From NCBI RefSeq assembly GCF_009914755.1, contig NC_060925.1: a stretch of DNA of 64,000 nt; one strand, 5' to 3'. How positions within the stretch are numbered: position 1 is the first letter of the stretch; each line of letters opens with the position of its first letter. The DNA comes from the human T2T-CHM13v2.0 reference genome, Homo sapiens. The translations under genes and the position numbers were made by a program. The notes under the pieces are model-generated. The model was not told the DNA's origin, ran no database searches, and was given only the letters and a program-made list of their open reading frames with translations. Below are positions 11,501-23,000 of the stretch, piece by piece.

Positions 11501-14278
11501 AAACACAACACAAGGAAGTTACTGAGAATTCTTCTGTCTAGCAGAATATGAAGAAATCCCGTTTCCAACGAAGGCCTCAAGGAGGTCTGAATATCCACTT
11601 GCAGACTTTACAAACAGAGTGTTTCCTAACTGCTCTATGAAAAGAAAGGTTAAACTCTGTGAGTTGAACGCACACATCACAAAGGAGTTTATGAGAATCA
11701 TTCTGTCTAGTTTTTATAAGAAGATATTTCCTATTCTACCATTGACCTCAAAGCGGCTGAAATCTCCACTTGCAAATTCGACAAACAGAGTGTTTCAAGC
11801 CTGCTCTCTGTAAAGGATCCTTCAACTCTGTGAGTTGAATACACACAACACAAGGAAGTTACTGAGAATTATTCTGTCTAGCATAATATGAAGAAATCCC
11901 GTTTCCAACGAAGGCCTCAAAGAGGTCTGAATATCCACTTGCAGACTTTACAAACAGAGTGTTTCCTAACTGCTCTATGAGAAGAAAAGTTAAACTCTGT
12001 GAGTTGAACGCACACATCACAAAAGATTTTCTGAGAATCATTCTGTCTAGTCTTTATATGAAGATAGTTTCCTTTTCTACCATTGACCTCAAAGCGGCTG
12101 AAATCTCCACTTGCAAATTCCACAAAAAGAGTGTTTCAAGACTGCTCTGTGTAAAGGATCGTTCAACTCTGTGAGTTGAATACACACAACACAAGGAAGT
12201 TACTGAGAATTCTTCTGTCTAGCAGAATAGGAAGAAATCCCGTTTCCAACGAAGGCCACAAGATGTCAGAATATCCACTTACAGACTTTACAAACAGAGT
12301 GTTTCCTAACTGCTCTATGAACAGAAAGGTTAAACTCTGTGAGTTGAACGAACACATCACAACGCAGTTTGTGGGAATGATTCTGTCTAGTTTTGAAACG
12401 AAGATATTTCCTTTTCTGCCGTTGACCTTAAAGCGCTTGAAATCTACACTTGCAAATTGCACAAATAGAGTGTTTCAAATCTGCTCTGTCTAAGGGATCG
12501 TTCAACTCTGTGAGTTGAATGCACACAACACAAGGAAGTTACTGGGAATTCTTCTGTCTAGCCTTACATGAAAAAAAACCCGTTTCCAACGAAGGCCTCT
12601 AAGTGGTCAAAATATCCACGTGCAGACTTTACAAACAGAGTGTTTCCAAACCGCTGAATGAAAAGAAAAGTTAAACTCTGAGAGTTGAACGCACACATCA
12701 CGCAGCAGTTTCTGAGAATGATTCTGTCTAGTTTTTATACGAAGATATTTCCTTTTCTGCCCTTGGCCCCAAAGCGCTTGAAATCTCCACTTGCATATTC
12801 CACAAAAACAGTGTCTCAAATCTGCTCTCTCTAAATGAAAGTTCAACTCTGTCAGTTGAATACACACAACACAAGGAAGTTACTGAGAATTCTTCTGTCT
12901 AGCAGAATATGAAGAAATCCCGTTTCCAACGAAGGCCTCAAAGGGGTCTGAATATCCACTTGCAGACTTTAAAAACAGAGTGTTTACTAACTGTTCTATG
13001 AAAAGAAAGGTTAAACTCTGTGAGTTGAACACACACATCACAAAGGAGTTTCTGAGAATCATTCTGTCTAGTTTTTCTACGAAGATATTTCCTTTTCTAC
13101 TATTGACCTCAAAGCGGCTGAAATCTCCACTTGCAAATTCCACAAAAAGAGTGTTTCAAGTCTGCTCTGTGTAAAGGATCGTTCAACTCTGTGAGTTGAA
13201 TACACACAACACAAGGAAGTTACTGAGAATTCTTCTGTCTAGCAGAATAGGAAGAAATCCCGTTTCCAACGAAGGCCTCAAAGAGGTCTGAATATCCACT
13301 TGCAGACTTTCCAAACAGAGTGTTTCCTAACTGCTCTATGAAAAGAAAGGTTAAACTCTGTGAGTTGAACACACACATCACAAAGGAGTTTCTGAGAATC
13401 GTTCTGTCTAGTTTCTATAGGAAGATATTTCCTATTCTACCATTGACCTCAAAGCGGCTGAAATCTCCACTTGCAAATTCCACAAAAAGAATGTTTCAAG
13501 TCTGCTCTGTGTAAAGGATCGTTCAACTCTGTGAGTTGAATACACACAACACAAGGAAGTTACTGAGAATTATTCTGTCTAGCATAATATGAAGAAATCC
13601 CGTTTCCAACGAAGGCCCCAAAGAGGTCTGAATATCCACTTGCAGACTTTACAAACAGAGTGTTTCCTAACTGCTCTATGAAAAGAAAGGTTAAACTCTG
13701 TGAGTTGAACGCACACATCACAAAGGAGTTTATGAGAATCATTCTGTCTAGTTTCTATAAGAAGATATTTCCTATTCTACCATTGACCTCAAAGCGGCTG
13801 AAATCTCCACTTGCAAATTCGACAAAAAGAGTGTTTCAAGCCTGCTCTCTGTAAAGGATCCTTCAACTCTGTGAGTTGAATACACACAACACAAGGAAGT
13901 TACTGAGAATTATTCTGTCTAGCATAATATGAAGAAATCCCGTTTCCAACGAAGGCCTCAAAGAGGTCTGAATATCCACTTGCAGACTTTACAAACAGAG
14001 TGTTTCCTAACTGCTCTATGAGAAGAAAAGTTAAACTCTGTGAGTTGAACGCACACATCACAAAAGATTTTCTGAGAATCATTCTGTCTAGTCTTTATAT
14101 GAAGATAGTTTCCTTTTCTACCATTGACCTCAAAGCGGCTGAAATCTCCACTTGCAAATTCCACAAAAAGAGTGTTTCAAGTCTGCTCTGTGTAAAGGAT
14201 CGTTCAACTCTGTGAGTTGAATACACACAACACAAGGAAGTTACTGAGAATTCTTCTGTCTAGCAGAATATGAAGAAA

Positions 14279-17200
14279 TCCCGTTTCCAACGAAGGCCAC
14301 AAGATGTCAGAATATCCACTTGCAGACTTAACAAACAGAGTGTTTCCTAACTGCTCTATGAACAGAAAGGTTAAACTCTGTGAGTTGAACGAACACATCA
14401 CAACGCAGTTTGTGGGAATGATTCTGTCTAGTTTTGAAACGAAGATATTTCCTTTTCTGCCGTTGACCTTAAAGCGCTTGAAATCTACACTTGCAAATTG
14501 CACAAATAGAGTGTTTCAAATCTGCTCTGTCTAAGGGAACGTTCAACTCTGTGAGTTGAATGCACACAACACAAGGAAGTTACTGGGAATTCTTCTGTCT
14601 AGCCTTACATGAAAAAACCCGTTTCCAACGAAGGCCTCTAAGTGGTCAAAATATCCACGTGCAGACTTTACAAACAGAGTGTTTCCAAACCGCTGAATGA
14701 AAAGAAAAGTTAAACTCTGAGAGTTGAACGCACACATCACGCAGCAGTTTCTGAGAATGATTCTGTCTAGTTTTTATACGAAGATATTTCCTTTTCTGCC
14801 TTTGGCCCCAAAGCGCTTGAAATCTCCACTTGCAAATTCCACAAAAACAGTGTTTCAAATCTGCTCTCTCTAAATGAAAGTTCAACTCTGTCAGTTGAAT
14901 ACACACAACACAAGGAAGTTACTGAGAATTCTTCTGTCTAGCATAATATGAAGAAATCCCGTTTCCAACGAAGGCCTCAAAGGGGTCTGAATATCCACTT
15001 GCAGACTTTATAAACAGAGTGTTTACTAACTGCTCTATGAAAAGAAAGGTTAAACTCTGTGAGTTGAACACACACATCACAAAGGAGTTTCTGAGAATCA
15101 TTCTGTCTAGTTTTTCTACGAAGATATTTCCTTTTCTACTATTGACCTCAAAGCGGCTGAAATCTCCACTTGCAAATTCCACAAAAAGAGTGTTTCAAGT
15201 CTGCTCTGTGTAAAGGATCGTTCAACTCTGTGAGTTGAATACACACAACACAAGGAAGTTACTGAGAATTCTTCTGTCTAGCAGAATATGAAGAAATCCC
15301 GTTTCCAACGAAGGCCTCAAGGAGGTCTGAATATCCACTTGCAGACTTTACAAACAGAGTGTTTCCTAACTGCTCTATGAACAGAAAGGTTAAACTCTGT
15401 GAGTTGAACGCACACATCACAAAGGAGTTTCTGAGAATCATTCTGTCTAGTCTTTATACGAAGATATTTACTTTTCTACCATTGACTTCAAAGCGGCTGA
15501 AATCTCCACTTGCAAATTCCACAAAAAGAGTGTTTCAAGTCTGCTCTGTGTAAAGGATCATTCAACTCTGTGAGTTGAATAAACACAACACAAGGAAGTT
15601 ACTGAGAATTCTTCTGTCTAGCAGAATATGAAGAAATCCCGTTTCCAACGAAGGCCACAAGATGTCAGAATATCCACTTGCAGACTTTACAAACAGAGTG
15701 TTTCCTAACTGCTCTATGAACAGAAAGGTTAAACTCTGTGAGTTGAACGAACACATCACAACGCAGTTTGTGGGAATGATTCTGTCTAGTTTTGAAACGA
15801 AGAAATTTCCTTTTCTGCCATTGACCTTAAAGCGCTTGAAATCTACACTTGCAAATTGCACAAATAGAGTGTTTCAAATCTGCTCTGTCTAAGGGAACGT
15901 TCAACTCTGTGAGTTGAATGCACACAACACAAGGAAGTTACTGGGAATTCTTCTGTCTAGCCTTACATGAAGAAAACCCGTTTCCAACGAAGGCCTCTAA
16001 GAGGTCAAAATATCCACGTGCAGACTTTACAAAGAGAGTGTTTCCAAACCGCTGAATGAAAAGAAAAGTTAAACTCTGAGAGTTGAACGCAGACATCACG
16101 CAGCAGTTTCTGAGAATGATTCTGTCTAGTTTTTATACGAAGATATTTCCTTTTCTGCCTTTGGCCCCAAAGCGCTTGAAATCTCCACTTGCAAATTCCA
16201 CAAAAACAGTGTTTCAAATCTGCTCTCTCTAAATGAAAGTTCAACTCTGTCAGTTGAATACACACAACACAAGGAAGTTACTGAGAATTCTTCTGTCTAG
16301 CATAATATGAAGAAATCCCGTTTCCAACGAAGGCCTCAAAGGGGTCTGAATATCCACTTGCAGACTTTATAAACAGAGTGTTTACTAACTGCTCTATGAA
16401 AAGAAAGGTTAAACTCTGTGAGTTGAACACACACATCACAAAGGAGTTTCTGAGAATCATTCTGTCTAGTTTTTCTACGAAGATATTTCCTTTTCTACTA
16501 TTGACCTCAACGCGGCTGAAATCTCCACTTGCAAATTCCACAAAAAGAGTGTTTCAAGTCTGCTCTGTGTAAAGGATCGTTCAACTCTGTGAGTTGAATA
16601 CACACAACACAAGGAAGTTACTGAGAATTCTTCTGTCTAGCAGAATATGAAGAAATCCCGTTTCCAACGAAGGCCTCAAGGAGGTCTGAATATCCACTTG
16701 CAGACTTTACAAACAGAGTGTTTCCTAACTGCTCTATGAACAGAAAGGTTAAACTCTGTGAGTTGAACGCACACATCACAAAGGAGTTTCTGAGAATCAT
16801 TCTGTCTAGTCTTTATACGAAGATATTTACTTTTCTACCATTGACCTCAAAGCAGCTGAAATCTCCACTTGCAAATTCCACAAAAAGAGTGTTTCAAGTC
16901 TGCTCTGTGTAAAGGATCCTTCAACTCTGTGAGTTGAATACACACAACACAAGGAAGTTACTGAGAATTCTTCTGTCTAGCAGAATATGAAGAAATCCCG
17001 TTTCCAACGAAGGCCTCAAAGAGGTCTGCATATCCACTTGCAGACTTTACAAACAGAGTGTTTCCTAACTGCTCTATGAGAAGAAAAGTTAAACTCTGTG
17101 AGTTGAACGCACACATCACAAAAGATTTTCTGAGAATCATTCTGTCTAGTCTTTATATGAAGATAGTTTCCTTTTCTACCATTGACCTCAAAGCGGCTGA

Positions 17201-17336
17201 AATCTCCACTTGCAAATTCCACAAAAAGAGTGTTTCAAGTCTGCTCTGTGTAAAGGATCGTTCAACTCTGTGAGTTGAATACACACAACACAAGGAAGTT
17301 ACTGAGAATTCTTCTGTCTAGCAGAATATGAAGAAA
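14279..17336 (-). repeat. Short HOR variants: 8-mer (14279-15636, A-B-C-F) and 10-mer (15637-17336, A-B-C-F-H)
   Basis: Spacings between the dimer-A marker GGCCACAAGATGTC are 1358 and 1700 bp; dimer types assigned from diagnostic SNVs. Confidence 0.88.
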
Positions 17337-20056
17337 TCCCGTTTCCAACGAAGGCCACAAGATGTCAGAATATCCACTTACAGACTTTACAAACAGAGTG
17401 TTTCCTAACTGCTCTATGAACAGAAAGGTTAAACTCTGTGAGTTGAACGAACACATCACAACGCAGTTTGTGGGAATGATTCTGTCTAGTTTTGAAACGA
17501 AGATATTTCCTTTTCTGCCGTTGACCTTAAAGAGCTTGAAAACTACACTTGCAAATTGCACAAATAGAGTGTTTCAAATCTGCTCTGTCTAAGGGAACGT
17601 TCAACTCTGTGAGTTGAATGCACACAACACAAGGAAGTTACTGGGAATTCTTCTGTCTAGTCTTACATGAAAAAAACCCGTTTCCAACGAAGGCCTCTAA
17701 GTGGTCAAAATTTCCACGTGCAGACTTTACAAACAGAGTGTTTCCAAACCGCTGAATGAAAAGAAAAGTTAAACTCTGAGAGTTGAACGCACACATCACG
17801 CAGCAGTTTCTGAGAATGATTCTGTCTAGTTTTTATACGAAGATATTTCCTTTTCTGCCTTTGGCCCCAAAGCGCTTGAAATCTCCACTTGCAAATTCCA
17901 CAAAAACAGTGTTTCAAATCTGCTCTCTCTAAATGAAAGTTCAACTCTGTCAGTTGAATACACACAACACAAGGAAGTTACTGAGAATTCTTCTGTCTAG
18001 CATAATATGAAGAAATCCCGTTTCCAACGAAGGCCTCAAAGGGGTCTGAATATCCACTTGCAGACTTTATAAACAGAGTATTTACTAACTGCTCTATGAA
18101 AAGAAAGGTTAAACTCTGTGAGTTGAACACACACATCACAAAGGAGTTTCTGAGAATCATTCTGTCTAGTTTTTCTACGAAGATATTTCCTTTTCTACTA
18201 TTGACCTCAAAGCGGCTGAAATCTCCACTTGCAAATTCCACAAAAAGAGTGTTTCAAGTCTGCTCTGTGTAAAGGATCGTTCAACTCTGTGAGTTGAATA
18301 CACACAACACAAGGAAGTTACTGAGAATTCTTCTGTCTAGCAGAATAGGAAGAAATCCCGTTTCCAACGAAGGCCTCAAAGAGGTCTGAATATCCACTTG
18401 CAGACATTACAAACAGAGTGTTTCCTAACTGCTCTATGAAAAGAAAGGTTAAACTCTGTGAGTTGAACGCACACATCACAAAGGAGTTTCTGAGAATCGT
18501 TCTGTCTAGTTTCTATAGGAAGATATTTCCTATTCTACCATTGACCACAAAGCGGCTGAAATCTCCACTTGCAAATTCCACAAAAAGAATGTTTCAAGTC
18601 TGCTCTGTGTAAAGGATCCTTCAACTCTGTGAGTTGAATACACACAACACAAGGAAGTTACTGAGAATTCTTCTGTCTAGCATAATATGAAGAAATCCCG
18701 TTTCCAACGAAGGCCTCAAAGAGGTCTGAATATCCACTTGCAGACTTTACAAACAGAGTGTTTCCTAACTGCTCTATGAAAAGAAAAGTTAAACTCTTTG
18801 AGTTGAACGCACACATCACAAAGGAGTTTCTGAGAATCATTCTGTCTAGTCTTTATACGAAGATATTTCCTTTTCTACCATTGACCTCAAAGCGGCTGAA
18901 ATCTCCACTTGCAAATTCCACAAAAAGAGTGTTTCAAGTCTGCTCTGTGTAAAGGATCGTTCAACTCTGTGAGTTGAATACACACAACACAAGGAAGTTA
19001 CTGAGAATTCTTCTGTCTAGCAGAATATGAAGAAATCCCGTTTCCAACGAAGGCCTCAAGGAGGTCTGAATATCCACTTGCAGACTTTACAAACAGAGTG
19101 TTTCCTAACTGCTCTATGAACAGAAAGGTTAAACTCTGTGAGTTGAACGCACACATCACAAAGGAGTTTCTGAGAATCATTCTGTCTAGTCTTTATACGA
19201 AGATATTTACTTTTCTACCATTGACCTCAAAGCGGCTGAAATCTCCACTTGCAAATTCCACAAAAAGAGTGTTTCAAGTCTGCTCTGTGTAAAGGATCAT
19301 TCAACTCTGTGAGTTGAATAAACACAACACAAGGAAGTTACTGAGAATTCTTCTGTCTAGCAGAATATGAAGAAATCCCGTTTCCAACGAAGGCCTCAAG
19401 GAGGTCTGAATATCCACTTGCAGACTTTACAAACAGAGTGTTTCCTAACTGCTCTATGAAGAGAAAGGTTAAACTCTGTGAGTTGAACGCACACATCACA
19501 AAGGAGTTCATGAGAATCATTTTGTCTAGGTTCTATAAGAAGATATTTCCTATTCTACCATTGACCTCAAAGCGGCTGAAATCTCCACTTGCAAATTCGA
19601 CAAAAAGAGTGTTTCAAGCCTGCTCTCTGTAAAGGATCCTTCAACTCTGTGAGTTGAATACACACAACACAAGGAAGTTACTGAGAATTCTTCTGTCTAG
19701 CATAATATGAAGAAATCCCGTTTCCAACGAAGGCCTCAAAGAGGTCTGAATATCCACTTGCACACTTTACAAACAGAGTGTTTCCTAACTGCTCTATGAG
19801 AAGAAAAGTTAAACTCTGTGAGTTGAACGCACACATCACAAAAGATTTTCTGAGAATCATTCTGTCTAGTCTTTATATGAAGATAGTTTCCTTTTCTACC
19901 ATTGACCTCAAAGCGGCTGAAATCTCCACTTGCAAATTCCACAAAAAGAGTGTTTCAAGTCTGCTCTGTGTAAAGGATCGTTCAACTCTGTGAGTTGAAT
20001 ACACACAACACAAGGAAGTTACTGAGAATTCTTCTGTCTAGCAGAATATGAAGAAA
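17337..20056 (-). repeat. Complete 16-mer HOR (2720 bp; dimers A-B-C-D-E-F-G-H)
   Basis: Dimer-A boxes at 17337 and 20057. Markers in order: A GGCCACAAG, B CTCTAAGTGG, C AAAGGGGTC and TTTACTAAC, D AATCGTTC and CTATAGG, E AAAAGTT and CTTTATACG, F TTTACTTTT and AATAAAC, G TTCGAC and AAGCCTG, H TATGAGAAG and GATAGTTT. Confidence 0.92.
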
Positions 20057-23000
20057 TCCCGTTTCCAACGAAGGCCACAAGATGTCAGAATATCCACTTA
20101 CAGACTTTACAAACAGAGTGTTTCCTAACTGCTCTATGAACAGAAAGGTTAAACTCTGTGAGTTGAACGAACACATCACAACGCAGTTTGTGGGAATGAT
20201 TCTGTCTAGTTTTGAAACGAAGATATTTCCTTTTCTGCCGTTGACCTTAAAGCGCTTGAAATCTACACTTGCAAATTGCACAAATAGAGTGTTTCAAATC
20301 TGCTCTGTCTAAGGGAACGTTCAACTCTGTGAGTTGAATGCACACAACACAAGGAAGTTACTGGGAATTCTTCTGTCTAGCCTTACATGAAAAAAACCCG
20401 TTTCCAACGAAGGCCTCTAAGTGGTCAAAATTTCCACGTGCAGACTTTACAAACAGAGTGTTTCCAAACCGCTGAATGAAAAGAAAAGTTAAACTCTGAG
20501 AGTTGAACGCACACATCACGCAGCAGTTTCTGAGAATGATTCTGTCTAGTTTTTATACGAAGATATTTCCTTTTCTGCCTTTGGCCCCAAAGCGCTTGAA
20601 ATCTCCACTTGCAAATTCCACAAAAACAGTGTTTCAAATCTGCTCTCTCTAAATGAAAGTTCAACTCTGTCAGTTGAATACACACAACACAAGGAAGTTA
20701 CTGAGAATTCTTCTGTCTAGCATAATATGAAGAAATCCCGTTTCCAACGAAGGCCTCAAAGGGGTCTGAATATCCACTTGCAGACTTTATAAACAGAGTG
20801 TTTACTAACTGCTCTATGAAAAGAAAGGTTAAACTCTGTGAGTTGAACACACACATCACAAAGGAGTTTCTGAGAATCGTTCTGTCTAGTTTCTATAGGA
20901 AGATGTTTCCTATTCTACCATTGACCTCAAAGCGGCTGAAATCTCCACTTGCAAATTCCACAAAAAGAATGTTTCAAGTCTGCTCTGTGTAAAGGATCGT
21001 TCAACTCTGTGAGTTGAATACACACAACACAAGGAAGTTACTGAGAATTCTTCTGTCTAGCAGAATAGGAAGAAATCCCGTTTCCAACGAAGGCCTCAAA
21101 GAGGTCTGAATATCCACTTGCAGACATTACAAACAGAGTGTTTCCTAACTGCTCTATGAAAAGAAAGGTTAAACTCTGTGAGTTGAACGCACACATCACA
21201 AAGGAGTTTCTGAGAATCGTTCTGTCTAGTTTCTATAGGAAGATATTTCCTATTCTACCATTGACCACAAAGCGGCTGAAATCTCCACTTGCAAATTCCA
21301 CAAAAAGAATGTTTCAAGTCTGCTCTGTGTAAAGGATCCTTCAACTCTGTGAGTTGAATACACACAACACAAGGAAGTTACTGAGAATTCTTCTGTCTAG
21401 CATAATATGAAGAAATCCCGTTTCCAACGAAGGCCTCAAAGAGGTCTGAATATCCACTTGCAGACTTTACAAACAGAGTGTTTCCTAACTGCTCTATGAA
21501 AAGAAAAGTTAAACTCTTTGAGTTGAACGCACACATCACAAAGGAGTTTCTGAGAATCATTCTGTCTAGTCTTTATACGAAGATATTTCCTTTTCTACCA
21601 TTGACCTCAAAGCGGCTGAAATCTCCACTTGCAAATTCCACAAAAAGAATGTTTCAAGTCTGCTCTGTGTAAAGGATCGTTCAACTCTGTGAGTTGAATA
21701 CACACAACACAAGGAAGTTACTGAGAATTCTTCTGTCTAGCAGAATAGGAAGAAATCCCGTTTCCAACGAAGGCCTCAAAGAGGTCTGAATATCCACTTG
21801 CAGACATTACAAACAGAGTGTTTCCTAACTGCTCAATGAACAGAAAGGTTAAACTCTGTGAGTTGAACGCACACATCACAAAGGAGTTTCTGAGAATCGT
21901 TCTGTCTAGTTTCTATAGGAAGATATTTCCTATTCTACCATTGACCACAAAGCGGCTGAAATCTCCACTTGCAAATTCCACAAAAAGAATGTTTCAAGTC
22001 TGCTCTGTGTAAAGGATCCTTCAACTCTGTGAGTTGAATACACACAACACAAGGAAGTTACTGAGAATTCTTCTGTCTAGCATAATATGAAGAAATCCCG
22101 TTTCCAACGAAGGCCTCAAAGAGGTCTGAATATCCACTTGCAGACTTTACAAACAGAGTGTTTCCTAACTGCTCTATGAAAAGAAAAGTTAAACTCTTTG
22201 AGTTGAACGCACACATCACAAAGGAGTTTCTGAGAATCATTCTGTCTAGTCTTTATACGAAGATATTTCCTTTTCTACCATTGACCTCAAAGCGGCTGAA
22301 ATCTCCACTTGCAAATTCCACAAAAAGAGTGTTTCAAGTCTGCTCTGTGTAAAGGATCGTTCAACTCTGTGAGTTGAATACACACAACACAAGGAAGTTA
22401 CTGAGAATTCTTCTGTCTAGCAGAATATGAAGAAATCCCGTTTCCAACGAAGGCCTCAAGGAGGTCTGAATATCCACTTGCAGACTTTACAAACAGAGTG
22501 TTTCCTAACTGCTCTATGAACAGAAAGGTTAAACTCTGTGAGTTGAACGCACACATCACAAAGGAGTTTCTGAGAATCATTCTGTCTAGTCTTTATACGA
22601 AGATATTTACTTTTCTACCATTGACCTCAAAGCGGCTGAAATCTCCACTTGCAAATTCCACAAAAAGAGTGTTTCAAGTCTGCTCTGTGTAAAGGATCCT
22701 TCAACTCTGTGAGTTGAATAAACACAACACAAGGAAGTTACTGAGAATTCTTCTGTCTAGCAGAATATGAAGAAATCACGTTTCCAACGAAGGCCTCAAG
22801 GAGGTCTGAATATCCACTTGCAGACTTTACAAACAGAGTGTTTCCTAACTGCTCTATGAAAAGAAAGGTTAAACTCTGTGAGTTGAACGCACACATCACA
22901 AAGGAGTTCATGAGAATCATTTTGTCTAGGTTCTATAAGAAGATATTTCCTATTCTACCATTGACCTCAAAGCGGCTGAAATCTCCACTTGCAAATTCGA

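Larger units (their letters stand above)
1..14270 (-). repeat. Tandem 6123-bp super-repeat (36 monomers = 22-mer + 14-mer), about 2.3 copies
   Basis: ORF-track landmarks at 361/6484/12607, 734/6857/12980, 4102/10225 and 4475/10598 are all offset by 6123. Shared private variants include A8 before the dimer-B box, GCATATTCC, GTGTCTCAAA, CTTTAAAAAC and CTTTCCAAAC. Identity ends at 14271 (AATAGGAAG becomes AATATGAAG and dimer A follows instead of D). Confidence 0.93.

Noticed and set aside
1-14270. Similar offsets 6123 (left) and 6118 (right) as one conserved 36-mer period
   Set aside because: The two blocks have different dimer orders and different SNVs. Both are simply 18 dimers long, probably by coincidence.
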